Of a stretch of DNA of 64,000 bases, positions 32,133-47,069 are shown piece by piece. The notes under the pieces were generated by a model that saw only the letters and a list, made by a program, of their open reading frames with translations, ran no database searches and had not been told where the DNA came from. The translations under genes were made by a program, and so were the position numbers. How positions within the stretch are numbered: position 1 is the first letter of the stretch; each line of letters begins with the position of its first letter. The DNA is from the human T2T-CHM13v2.0 reference genome, Homo sapiens, in assembly GCF_009914755.1 (NCBI RefSeq), contig NC_060929.1; one strand, given 5' to 3'.

Positions 32133-32471
32133 TTTTTTTTATTTTTATACTTTTTTAGCGGTAGGGTCTTGCTCTGTCACCCAGGCTGGGCGGGGGTGGG
32201 GGGCAGTGGTATGATCATAGCTCAATGCAGCCTCAAACTCCTAGGCTCAGAGGATCCTCCCGCCTCAGCTTCCCAAGTAGCTAAGACTACAGGTGCGTGC
32301 CACCATGCCTGGCTAAGTTTTTAAAATTTTTTGCAGACAGGTTCTCATTATGTTGGTGAGGCTGGTCTCAAACTCCTGGCCTCAAGCAATCCTCCTGCCT
32401 TGGCCCTCCAAAATGCTGACATTATAGGCATATTATTTTTTTAAGTATGTTAGAGGCCATCACACCTGGGC
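32133..32471 (-). mobile_element. AluJ SINE carrying a ~25-nt non-Alu insert near its 5' end
   Basis: AluJo-like consensus; insert tattatttttttaagtatgttagag at 32431-32455. Confidence 0.88.
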
Positions 32472-32501
32472 TATAAGATACTTTAAAAAATAATATGGCT
32501 T

Positions 32502-32809
<308 letters not shown>

Positions 32810-32893
32810 TTAGCTCTACACTTACGACAGATATTACAAGACCTTAACAGTAAAAGCAGACTGAAGTCATCGTATCATTTTGGGATTTATTAA

Positions 32894-33280
<387 letters not shown>

Positions 33281-35523
33281 TGATGTACTAAAAAATAAAA
33301 GAAATCACAATTTACTTCTTTTAATAGTGAAGTTAATAATGAGTCTGTGTTAAATGATTTTACTTATAAGAAAACCAACTGAGTCACAGATAAGAGATTC
33401 TGTAGCTTATATAACTATTTCCACATAGTGCCTAGAAGCTGCTATACACACCCCAAACAGCATTTTACATCTACCTTAATTGATAGGATTTGTCACTAAG
33501 ATAGTACCCAGGGTTCACAACAAACTTGGACAACAGTCAAGTCTGATAAAACTAAAGCATAATGTAGAAGAAAGAAGAGATAGACCAAAGACAGAAACAT
33601 TGATGGCAGAAACATATAGGTGTCAGATCTAACATCAAGAAAACCCAAACCAATTTTTATTATTTAGAATGTGAGCTGATAAAACAAACAGGGGTCAGGC
33701 ACATGGCATTCTATTACTATAGATGCATTTTCCGTGTTAGAGTTTATTTAACACAGACCACTGCAAATAAATAATGATAAGACATCATAGCGTGTCTGAT
33801 AATCTGTGACAACAATTCTAACGCTGTCACTGTGGCCACTGGAGAAACCTGCACGTACTGAGCCCTGACCTACCGAGCTTTTTATCTGCATGTGTACTCT
33901 CCACAGGCCAAGCAAATAAAGGCCAAATGATAATTTACACATGAATCAACTTTCTCTGCAGCATAGGCACCAGAGACGTTCTTTTCTCTGTTATTGAGAG
34001 AAAGGCAGCCAGGTCTAAGCTTGTCTCACTAGAAATCATACAAGTGAAACAGTGATTTGCAGAAAAATGGCAGATCAGCAAAGGGAAGCTGTTCTGAATG
34101 CGTGATAAAAATGGCAGCCACAAAGGACTAGATGAATATTTAGTTTGAAAACAGGCCTGACAGTAACAATGAGTCTTTATCCTATTCAAAACAGGTAGTG
34201 TCATACAAACTGAAATGGAGATACAATCCTGATAGAAGATTACACAAGATACCAGGGTAGGTATCTTTAAAGACTTCAACCTTCATTTTAATAAACGTAG
34301 ACTCATGGATCCTTTCACCTACATCTTATTCAGATTACACACAGTTATTTCACATGAATGACATATGGAAGGTGTATTGCCCACTTTGAAAATGAGAAAT
34401 GAATTGGTCAGGATGATTTTTTAACAAAAGCTTGTTCATGAAAAACTGGGTACACATTTTATGCCATGGAACTTGTGAAAAAAAATGTATTTAATATTCT
34501 CCAACCCAGACCCCCTTGGTACTTAGGTCAACTTTTATAAATTAATCAAAGGATCAAAATAGTGCTATATCCTTTTTTTTTTTTTTTTAAATATAGGAAC
34601 TTGCAATGAACAATACTTGTCCTGGTCCATTTAACAGAGAAAAGGAGATTTATTATTAAATTTGTGTTAACAGGCCATTCCAAAGGTGATTATTATAATG
34701 TTCTAACTAATGACAGGTACTAACCAAATCAATAAAATTAATTTGTATTCCCCTATTACCACGTCCATAGTTTTGTGCAAGTCACGTTCCATCTGCCCCC
34801 TGGAATACCTACCTGCCTACTTAACAATGCATATTCCGGATTTCTTTTAAGTTTGGCTCAAGGCTCACTGTTCAGGAAACCTTCCCTTAAAGCTCCAGTT
34901 TTGGTGTGGTAGATGCTCCTAACTATGTACATGGACTGTCAACACATAACAATAGACCAAAATCATAAAAACAACTTTTATTCATGAGTTGTAAATATAA
35001 GAGATGTGGTATAATTTGTGGTCCATAAAAAGAAAATTTAAAATTTTTATTCCTTTGGAGTCCAGAAATGAATCTGTAAACTGTAGATCACAATCTATAC
35101 TTTGAGAAAATGCCAAAAATAATAAGAGTGGTAGGATTTAAGTCTTATCAGTTCTTGGTGATGAGGTGCATACATCAAAAATTCTTGCAGCGACAGGTTT
35201 CTGAATATTCCTTAATTATTCCTCTCTGCCTTTATGAGGTTTTTCTTAACCTTCCAATTGCTTCCCTTACCTTTCTTCTTACATCATCCTCCTTTAGGCT
35301 GAAACCTCCTTGTACCCTTTCTTCTAAATTACAGTATTAATTTCCCCACCTCTGGCTGTTTAGTAGTTGTAGAAGTCAAAATTTGCATTTTCCTTAAACC
35401 GTAAGCTCCTAATGGGTACTAATCATACCTTCCATTTTTACATATCTACAAACTCTTATAGTGCCTAAACTAGTTTTAGCTATTCAGAGTATTCTTGATA
35501 GATGCCCACTGTTGAAAATTCTC

Positions 35524-35812
35524 TTTTTTTGGTTGGTGGGTGGGGGCAGAGTCTTGCTTTGTTGCCTAGGCTGGAGAGCAGAAGTGTGATCATCGTTCAC
35601 TGCAGCTTCAAACTCCTGGGTGCAAGTGATCCTCCAGTCTCAGCCTCCTGAGTAGCTGGGACTACAGGCATGTGCCACCAGGTCCAGCTCGCTTATTTAT
35701 TTAGTTTTGTAAAGACAGGGTTTTGCTATGTTGTCCAGGCTGGTCTTGAACTCTTGGCCTAAAGCAATCCTCCTGGCATGGGGATTACAGGCATGAGATA
35801 CCATTCTCAGCC
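35524..35812 (-). mobile_element. AluJ SINE
   Basis: Degenerate Alu consensus. Confidence 0.88.
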
Positions 35813-36180
35813 TGGAAATGATTAAGAATGCATTTTTAAAAGTCAAGCCACAATTTAGCTAGTGATATTCATTAGTTTTTTGGGCCAATTTATAGGTAAA
35901 TTCATATCACAGCTCTTGCAAACTGAAAGGTGAATTTCACTGCCAAAAGACAAGATCTCAATGACACTCTTAATGACTTTAAAGAGATAAAGTTTGGATG
36001 TGAAGGAGGAGTAAGGAATGACTAAATTAGAATGTTCATGATGCTACACTTAATTTTATACAATCTAATCTCAATCACTAAATTTCTTTTTCTACTAATT
36101 TTTTTCTTTTGGTAAGAAAAAGTTACTCTAATTTGAAAAGCAATATAAAAATATTATGTTCTTAAAGCTTTTAAAAAAAT

Positions 36181-36474
36181 TATTATTATATTTTGAGATA
36201 GCGTCTCAGTCTCACACAGGCTGGAGCAGTGGCCTGATCTCGGCTCACTGCAACCACCACCTCCTGGGTTCAAGCAATGCTCGTGCCTCAGCCTCCTGAG
36301 TGGCTGTGACTACAGGCATGCACCACCATGCCTGGCTAGTTTTTATATTGTTTAGTAGAGTCAGGGTTTCGGCACGTTGGCCAGGCTGGTCTTGAACTCC
36401 TGGCCTCAAGCAATCCTCCCAACTCAGCCTCCAAAAAGTGCTAGGATTATAGGCGTGAGCCACCATGCCTGGCT
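36181..36474 (-). mobile_element. AluJb/Sz-like SINE
   Basis: Alu consensus ending gagccaccatgcctggct. Confidence 0.9.
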
Positions 36475-38029
36475 TGTTAAAGCTATTTAATTAGTAAGGC
36501 AAAAATGACTATGATCTATAAAAGCAAGGCAGATGGCAGTCCACATATATAAGAATAACAAAAGAATGGGGATAGGGCCTTGGCTGACAGTGTTTTTTAA
36601 AAGCAACATGAGGACAAAGAAATCAGAAGCTTTCCAAATTACCAAAGAGGCAGACAAAGAACAAAATGCAAATTTGAGTCCACTTAATTCAGTGCATTTA
36701 AGATGGTATTTGTTTTTTTTGAGTTTTAGGAACAGTGGATAGGATAAGTACTTGAATTTAGAATATTCCTCTTCACTTCACTATGTATTTTATTCTTCTT
36801 TACCACTTTACTTTGATAAAAGCTATTCTTATCAAAGTCTTCTCTCTTCATCTTATCATTTCTTATCATTCATCCAGTTCCCTCCTTATTGATCATCAGA
36901 CCATGAAAGAGACAATGGATAGCTCTACCAGAGTCAATATATAATGCAGACATTGCATCTACTCAATCTACCAGGTCTGTCGATCTGCCATGGGGAAAAC
37001 TGGATTGGCCTATAATTTTGTTCACAAGAGCAAGCTGATAATTACAACAAAACCTGTGATCCCCAAATGTCTGAATGATGACTTTGGAACTTTCTAAAGT
37101 ACTTTCTAAAGTATCTAAAATAAGTTGACGGAACTATAACTTTAAAAGTCATCCTAATTTGTATGTTTGACGTGAAATACCACATTTATCCCTTCCTAAT
37201 TCTAGTTGTTCTTACCACTGCTGTATTCCCCACACCATACAAAGTGAAAATAAAAACCAGTCTGCCAAAGAAGACAGCTTTGCTCTTTAGAGTTGTGAGT
37301 GAATGAACAAATTAACAAGCACACACAAAGTACCTTTTTAAAAGGTGATAAAACTCAACAATTAAGGATGTGGTTTCCAGACAAATGTAACACTTAAATG
37401 GTAAATCTACTGTCATGGAAGTGGGAAGAACTAGTTAATATTTGGGGACATGTCTTCTTCATACCTGACTGACAAGACAAGTTATGAGAGGCACTGTTTT
37501 CAGGTTTGAATGGGGCTAACTAGAGAAACCTATTTGCAAAGGGTTACTCAGCCATTTAAAAAAAGTATAAAACAGAGTACCTACATTTGTAAGGCATCAT
37601 TAACATTATGGATTCTTAATGTTATTAAAATTCTTTAATAGAGAATCAAGGGAAGGAGAACTTGTTTTTCAAATTACGTGTTGTTGTCATGTTGGGGCTA
37701 TGGAAAACCTTTCCCCATTGCAGTATGCAGAAGGCAAACTCCTGCATACTACAAATGAAATCTGCATTGGTCAGAAGTAGCTAATTTGGAGGGTGTACAC
37801 AGCCTGTTAGTCAACGGTGACTTTTATATTCTAATCATACACACTGTTGTTAGACCCTTACATTCTAGTCAAATAACTTCTAGGTCATGTTAGAAGTTTC
37901 ACACGTTGGTAAAAAAGAAATTTTAAAGTTATGCACTTGCTATTTTTTCTTTCTTATCCTGAAACTTCTCTCTGATCTCTAGACTATTTCCTTAAATAAA
38001 GGTTCTAACATAAAAAGAGAGCATGGTTA

Positions 38030-38525
38030 AATGCCAAAATTTTGCTCCCAATTTTCCCTCCCAAACCTGTTCTTCTCCTAGACTTCCTTATCTTAGTAAA
38101 TGACACCACCCAGATGTTCAAGCCAACAATCTAGGAGTCATTTTTCATCCTTCCTATCCCCTCACTTCCCATCTCTAAATGATTATGTTGGACACTTCTT
38201 CCCATCTCCAACTCCTGCCACCAAAATCCAAGTCACCATAATTGCCTGCCTAGGCTATTGAGCCAGCTTCTTAAGTGGTCAGCTGCTTACCCACTTGTTC
38301 CCCCACCAATCCACTTTTAATCTAAAATAGATATGATCACTATCCAACTCAAGACCCTCAGTGGTTTCCCACTGTACTTACAAGAAAATAAAAATTTGGA
38401 CTCCAAGGCTCCAAGGCTCTAAGCAATGTGGCTTCTGCCTAGATCTCCTTGTTCTACCTGCTACAGGCTCACTCACCTTCGTTTGTTCCTTCAACAGGAG
38501 CAGCCCCTCCTTAGTCTGCCTAGAG
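38030..38525 (+). mobile_element. L2 LINE relic
   Basis: cccaaacctgttcttctcc, ttagtaaatgacaccacc, ctaggagtcatttttcatcc, tccaagtcaccat. Confidence 0.7.
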
Positions 38526-40387
38526 TGATTCTATGATTTTCAAGCCTTAAGTAAATTCAGTAGCCTTTTTTGAAGGTAAAGGAAATATATTCAGCATAAC
38601 TCAGGGCCATGTACCATGTCTGTTATTTTCACTTAGAAATACCTTCTATGTTGTTAAGTTTAGGAAAAAAACAGCAGATTAAATTCCCACAAAATGAATA
38701 TTCATTCACATAGGAACAATTAAAAGCACAATCTCATTCTTTACATGTTGCATTTAGTTATGCCTAATGAGTAATGAGAACTTACAAACATAATATTTCT
38801 TGTACATTTCTGATTATGAAAAAATTATGAGTCTAGAAAGGGACAGATTTTCTCAAAGACTATAGTCAGTCCTCTGTTTATGTATAAAAATGCAATGGTG
38901 ATTATACACTTTACAATGCTGAAATGTTCCAAATTACTTTCATTTACAATTGTACTATTTAAAATAATTCTCTAATTATTTTTTCCTGCTAGAATTTTTA
39001 TAAAGTATAAGAGGAAAGTGATTTTCTTATAATAGACTAGTCTGTCTCCTCACAGGAGCATCCAGAATGCCACTATTTCAGGACTTTCATTGTGATATAC
39101 AAAATGCTGACACTGATTATGCACTTGAAAATGATGAATTGTTTTCCTCATTAGTAAGGGAAGCATTATAAACCCTCAAAACAAGATATTTTCCATATAT
39201 TTTATTCAACAGGGTACTGGTAATTAAAAACTTTCCAGAATCTTAAAGAAGCCAGATTAGTCTAATAAAATAAATATACACTGTCATCATTTCTGTTGTA
39301 TCAATTGTTACTGAGTAATAATTGTCAATAATGATTTTACCATCCATTTTGTAATCAACTAAAAAGTACAGAATATAAAGAAGCACAGTATAAAATCCAG
39401 CCTTGTTTTTTTGAATACATGAAGTAAAGAATAAAGATAAAAGCCCAAATGTAAATAAGTCATTTTAGATGATACAGTGAACTAACACAGAATTACAATA
39501 TTACTTGAAAATTTGTTCTAAATGTCAAATAATAAGAGCTGAGGATTCACATCCTTAAAAAACCCTTAGGTATATTGAAATCATTTCCAATATTTGATTA
39601 ATAAAAAGTAGGATTTACAATTCTAATTGATAATTGGAAATACCATCAGACTTCATGTTATTAAAAAAATGAAGCAAAATTTGATTTACAAAAAAATTTT
39701 TGGACATTTAATACTTCTTTCCAGAATTTTTGAGATGACCCCTCAATTTTTCAATGAGCTCTTACACTAAAAAAGAGGATTGGAAAAAAAAGTTTGGAAA
39801 AAATACCACTTTAATGTACTGACTCATTTTTAAGATTGTTATAATTGGTTGGTCACTGAAATAAATAATCATTAAGACTTAAAACTTTAAATGGAAGGAA
39901 AACAAAGTAGCTTGGAAGAGGATAAAGGTAGAAGATAGTGTGAAGAAAAATAGAAATGTTACAGACATACTAAAACTCATTTATTTCAATGGAAAGAACT
40001 GGTAAGTAAGTAAGCATGCTAGTAAGTACTGTCTAAGGAGATAGTAACTTTGAGGAATGGCTGAGTGAGTTCTGCTTAAGATCAGTTTATTTTACTATTC
40101 CCTTCCAAAGGTGGGTCTAAGTCGTGTTGAGAATTAGCTCCAAATCTTAAAGAAGAATTTTATTGTATTGTTATCAATTATCAGTCTTCTAAATAACACA
40201 ACATATTTACATATGAAAAGTCAAACAATCCCAAGTCTCTTCCTACATCTGACTTGGGCATGACAATGTTCAATACTTTTAAAATGATGGGGACTGAGAA
40301 TAATATTAACTAAAGGGTTAACCATCTTTTGGCAGTAGTCTTAAAAAAGTAGTGATAGAAATGTTGCTGTATGCATCACTAATGTTC

Positions 40388-40675
40388 TTTTTTTTTTTTT
40401 AGATGGAGTCTCGCTGTCACGAGGCTGGAGTGCAATGGCGCCATCTTGGCCCACTGCAACCTCTGAAGCCCTGGTTCAAGCGATTCTCCTGCCTCAGCCT
40501 CCTGAGTAGCTGGGATTACAGGCACTCACCACCACACCCAGCTAATTTTTATATTTTTAGTAGAGACGGGGTTTCACCATGTTGGCCAGGATGGTCTCAA
40601 TCTCCTGACCTTGTGATCCACCCGCCTCAGCCTCCCAAAGTGCTGGGATTACAGCCGTGAGCCACCATGCCCAGC
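40388..40675 (-). mobile_element. AluSc-like SINE
   Basis: ggccaggatggtctcaatctcctgaccttgtgatcc; TSD atgcatcactaat at 40371 and 40676. Confidence 0.93.
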
Positions 40676-43600
40676 ATGCATCACTAATATTTTAGTGCAT
40701 TAAAAAATTTAAGCTAATGAGATAAAGAAGAAAAAACAATTAATGATGGGTAAGGAATACTTAAAACCCACAAAATTTAGTCCAGAACTAAACTGTGCTT
40801 AAATTTGAAGAAAATAGAATTTTAAAATTCTACATTTACACTTAAAATTATGGTTTACAAATATGATTTTGGCATTAGCTATTATTAGTCTTTAATAGAA
40901 AATTATAGAAAACCAGGATGTGACTTGGCTCTTTTAATCATATCACCAGAAGTTTAATGTCTAACCATGGATGTTATCCTCAGTTTCTCGCATTTCTACT
41001 TGGTCTATTTGTAACTTTAGCTACTGCAGAAACCAAACCAAACCAAACTTCATTTTGTTCACTAATGCCAACACACATGAAACATAATTGTCTCTAGATA
41101 ATGAAATATAATATTTTTTAAAGTATCACTTGATAAAGGAAAAGTTTCTGAAGTTAATAGAATCTATTTTCTTCTAGTTCTATTTCCTTTTTCTACTTTA
41201 CACTGTAGATTTTATAGATAGCCAACAGAATCTACATTTCAAGTGTGAGGTAATTTTAAATGAAATAATTAAAAATAGAGAGTTTTTAAGCAGCACTGCT
41301 TACTGACCCTGACAGTTTTGTTTTGGGACACAGAATATAAAGCCATTTACTCAAGAATCTTTGTGTTCAGCATAAAATATTTAAAATGTCTCATTTTCTA
41401 GAGATCTGGTGGGAGTTCACGACAGATGTGTTCTTTCTTTCTCTCTTCTCTTTTTTTTTTCTCTCTCTTTCTTTTCTCTTTCAGCATTATTGTGTCAAAT
41501 TAGCACTGATGATTTACCCATAGCAGTATGAACTTCTTGGAGGAAGGAAAGAAAAGTACAACAGCTTCTTCAGAGAAAAGAACAAATTGGCATAGGAAAG
41601 AAGAAAGACACTTCGTTTAAAGAATGTATTTTGCAGTAAATGCCCACAAACAGCCCATAGAGAGTTCACTTATTTATGCATCACCATATGATTATTCTGA
41701 CTGCCTTTAGTCTCAAACAGGGAAAGCCTCCGCAAAAAGCATTCTCCAGGTGTTAGTTTAGGTTTGTCATTATTTCCTATTTATAGACTCTGTCTAGTAA
41801 AAGAAGACAAATTACTGTAAGTGGGGGTAAATGTGATTAAACGAGTCCTCTGAAGATAAGAAGTTACATGGACAAGGGTCATTAACACAAATGACCTCTT
41901 TTTGCCAGAACATATTTTTTTAATTTAGTGGATTTGAAAAAAACTGCAAAGCAAGAATAATCTCTACTGCACATACTCACAGAGAAACATATCCCTTTTA
42001 TTCTAATAAATATTTTCATGACTCTTCAGTATTTTAATAACATACTGATAATGCCAAAATACTCTCAGAATACACCAAGAACAATATTGGAGGGATCATT
42101 TATCTTAAGGAGTCTAATCGGAAACACTTAAGCAACATAGTTATAATCAGACAAGACATATAACACCAAGAATGTAAGTTAGTGGAAACAAGATCATGGG
42201 AATCAAATGGAAAGCTGAAATTTGTAAAGTTTCAATTAAAACATCTACACTCTTTCTTTCACCTGATCGTAGCCCCATATGGCAAGGTCAGCCCTTTCAG
42301 TGAACAAACAGCTCAGTCGCCTCCAGTGTAGCTGTTATCTTCCTCAACAAGGGGAGACATTTGGCACAGCCTAAAGCTGGGGCATGAACCCTGGCTAAGC
42401 TTAAGACATTTATCTGACAGCATCAGCTGACACTCCACAAACACATTTGCTCTCCATGACCTCAGAGCATTCGTGATTAATCAAAAATGTATCTTGGATC
42501 TTGAGAACAAGCTACAACCAGGCACACACAAAAAAGAATATGCTCTCGATCTCACTTATCGACTCAAGAGGTATATTGAATTTAGAAATAGCAAATAGAA
42601 TAAAATGATCAATATGTTCTCACTTGTCCATGGAAGAGCAAACTTTATCCCTCAAGCCAAAGACATTGATCATGTAAATGTTTCAGAACTGCTTTCAGAC
42701 TCAATAATGCAAAATGCACATGGTTTATTGGGGGTAGAGAAGGAGGCCTGCCAAAGAGGAGCTTTTGCTTTAACTTAAAAAAATATATAGCTTGAAGACA
42801 TAAAGCATTATGCTTGTAGTGTGCTATATTTTTTTACAAACTGTGTGTTCAGCCTAAAACCTTTTTTGGTAACATGTTGCTGAATGTTCTCAATAAAGCA
42901 TTATAAAGGAGACTTTAAAACTTAATGAAGGAACATTATTTGTGCAGAGAAAACTCCCTGTCTTAATTTAAATGAGACACAGTTATAACATATCCCCTAT
43001 GCACTGTTTACAATTTATAATTTATAATTTATGTCTCTTGGTTCAAACTCACTATTTTCTAAGTAATGATTAACATGTGAATACTGTAATATTCTGCTTC
43101 TCAACCAGTACAGTTTAGTATATTTTCATTTTCATTTGTACTTTTCACTTTCTAATAACAATACTGAATGCTAATTAAAGGAATGGGAACCAGAAGTCAT
43201 ATGCCCCACCCTTGATAATATGAAAATGATTATTATTAAAACAAACCTCTACAGTTGAACTTATTAAATCTCATACTTGCCTGATTACCCACTGGCTAGG
43301 TTACAGTTGTTCACGATCCTACAGCAGATCATTCTACTAAAGAAAAACTACATGTCCTGGTCCCTGTTGGCATGGCAAACAAACTTTCATAGCATGTGCT
43401 CACTCTATAAAATAGTGATACTAATTAGAAGATATAAACTCATGCTGAGATATGATATGAATTGGCTTTATGTATCTACTAAGCTCACAGCAGTACTAGA
43501 TTTATACTGTTGTTGCTTTAAACTAACACTAAACAGAAAATTCAACTTCTAAATATGTATAAGAAAGCAAAAGTGATTGAGTTGAAAAAACAAAAACCTC

Positions 43601-43829
43601 ACTCAGCCCCTCATTTTTGGTTTCTCTTCTAAAATGCTTCCTGAGTGCTTAGAGGTTGCCCACTACTTTTCTCCCATATGTTTACCTAACTTAAATTCTT
43701 CAAACATGAATTGCAAGTACCAGATAGCACAGCTGTATGTTTTGACATCCATGGTGAAAATGAGCAGAAAATCTAACTGTTCCATATCAAGAAGTATTTT
43801 TACTAGTGCTAATGTGCCTTAAATACCTT

Positions 43830-44135
43830 GTTCCACAGATGAGTGGCCTGGCACCTGCTGCATGAGAAATAGCCAATTACTGTTCAGTGTCTCTAATTTT
43901 CTGATTCAATTAGCATGCTTCAGAGCTTTCCAGTTTAATTGCAAACTACTTCACAGTTAGCTCTCTGATTAATCATTGCCCATCTGCAAGCCATCGGAAA
44001 ACTTAGTGGAACAAATTTGTGTACTTTGGAATGCTGGGAGCTTAGCAAATCAAACTTGTTTTGGTATATAAAGCTTTAATTTTGTTTGCCCTTTTCAGCT
44101 GCACTTGTAAGAAGCTCTGTACTGATTAAACAGGA
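43830..44135. promoter_or_regulatory. Candidate conserved developmental enhancer
   Basis: Non-repeat block with E-boxes (cagatg, cacctg, catctg, cagctg), homeodomain cores (caatta x2, ttaattg) and the palindrome tgattaatca. Function is inferred only. Confidence 0.35.
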
Positions 44136-46508
44136 AGTCTGGACAATAATATGCTACATTATGCATATAATTACTGTAAATACAACCAAGATTGTAGAAA
44201 CATCATTTAAGGTTAGGCACTAACATGAATGGAGAAGGGGGTCAAGAAAACACATTTGGAATCAATTTCTTTCCATTATGACCAAGTACAAGTATCAAGA
44301 AAAAAAAAATGCTGTGTGACACACAGTGATGTCATTACAGCACCTGTTCCCCTGAAGACATTTTACATTCTGGCTTTTCATGTATTCATAAAATCTTTCT
44401 TGTTATTTAATTAGTAGAGTACTAAGTTTTATAAGCTTTGTTTACAAACATATATTAGGGATTTTAAAGCAAACTGGCACCACATTGTTTATGCTTCATT
44501 TTGCAAGCTTTCTTGCTGGTCCACTGAACGTATGAATGATAATGTCAGAAAACAAAACTGTTTTTAATCGAGTTTTGGCTGGATTTTAAATTATATCTTA
44601 ACCTATAATCATGATTTCTTCATTCTGAACAATGAAACATGAATTGCATATTCTGTTCACTCATATGAACAAATACCATAGCGGGGCGATTCCTCATTGT
44701 ACAAGGAAGGAGCCTAGATAAAATGAACTCCTAAGACCTTTTCAACTCTCTAGTTCACATTTTAAAAATCTGAAATTATTCTAATATAATTCTTAAAAGC
44801 TGCTAAACAAATATGCCGTATAAGAAATCTTGTTTCCAAGAACAAACTTTAAGCTCCAGGAGAGCAGGGACCATGTATCCAGCTCACTGCTGCATCACCA
44901 GTGCCTCACAGAGGGCCTCACATTTTTGGTGCTCAATGACTGCTTGTCGGGTGAAGGAAATGAAAGCAGTATGGGTTCTCAATTTCCCACGCCATGTCAC
45001 GGTGCCAGATTGGACACTGTGTTTTCCTTCTGTAACCTCAATAGGATGCAGTCATGTTATCTCATAAAGATGTTGACAAATATCATCATCCTACGAATAT
45101 CTGGCTGAAAGAATAGTATGGAGAAAAGGGTGCTTTCCTAATTATGATGACCTGCAATGATCTGCTATTAACAACAATGAAAAGTAAAACTTCCCCATCT
45201 TTTATGCAGATTCATAACATATTATCAAAATGTCTAAAAGATAAAAGTTAAAACTCAACTGCCAGCTCTAAAAATAACAAAGTTTGAAAAGTGGTTTTTG
45301 GAAATCACATGATGCACAAAAGTTCATGTAAAAAAAATTAAAGATACAGATACTCAGCATTGAGTGACTCTCTGACTGTCTTAACAGTATACACAGATGA
45401 GACCAAGATTCCTATTCTGTCTCCCTCTGTTAAGGGCTGTAAAACTCAAGTGGGCTGACTTCAAGCTTCTCTGAACTTTGTAGGCAGCCAATATAAAAAA
45501 CGCTGAGAAGGCGTAATCTGATCATAGCCGCTCAGGCAAGTGAGCAGGCGTGCTGCCACATTCTGCTGCCCACAAGCAGGGAAGCACGGCTGGAATCCCC
45601 ACTAAGATCAAATTACAAAATAATCAAGCTTTGTGGCCAGGCAGGCACGAGAGGCTATTGTGAGGTCATGAGATACATCAGGGACTAGCCTGGACAAAAC
45701 TGGGCAGTCAAAAATAACATTTTTGTATCCCACTTGCAGCATGGTTCTCTGCAAAAATAAACTGTTAATGATGTTCAGTTTTTTAATTCAGGAAAGGGCA
45801 AATGGCTCTCCCTGCGCAAGCTCCCACCAATTGAGCCTTATGCTTAGGGATAAGCAATTAAACCCTACACATCAAAGAAAAACTGAGCTGTCCAAAATGG
45901 AATTTAGCCAAGGAGAGACCAAACTGGGCCTTGGTCCCTGTCCTGGGGATCTCAGTGCTACTTCTACCTCTTACCCACTGTGTAGCCGAATGTTTATGTA
46001 TATCAAAATAACAACAGAACAACTGAGTGGATACTGAGTGAGCATGATCGCAAAGCACATTGAAAATGCTTAAAAGACCCAAATGTGTTTTGAGAGGGTA
46101 GCACATCTTGGGTCAAGAGAGCCATTCCTAGAAATAATCCCATTATGCAAAAAAAGCAGCATATTCTTTGGGAAATTCACTGATAAGGGATGGCTCTAAT
46201 ATGGCACCAAATCCCAGACAATACTGTTTGTTATACAGAGAAGTGTTAACTTTTTTATATGGTTCCCAAAGCTGAACCTACTATAGAAATCGCATTTTAG
46301 TTCCTGAGAAGCTTCAACATGACTGTCTGTATCGTATCAAATGTAAAAGACAACAAAATTATAGAATTCAGTTATCCTTCCATCAGAAGAGATATATAAA
46401 ATTCCAAGTGAAGATTTCTTAGGAAAATAGCAGGACACCTAAGGAACTACTGTTTGGTAAACTCTTGCTGGGGCAATCATAATCAAGGTGGGCAGAAGAA
46501 ATATTTCA

Positions 46509-47069
<561 letters not shown>

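Noticed and set aside
36810-36838. 10-bp inverted repeat actttgataa...ttatcaaagt
   Set aside because: Short and AT-rich; expected occasionally in 64 kb.
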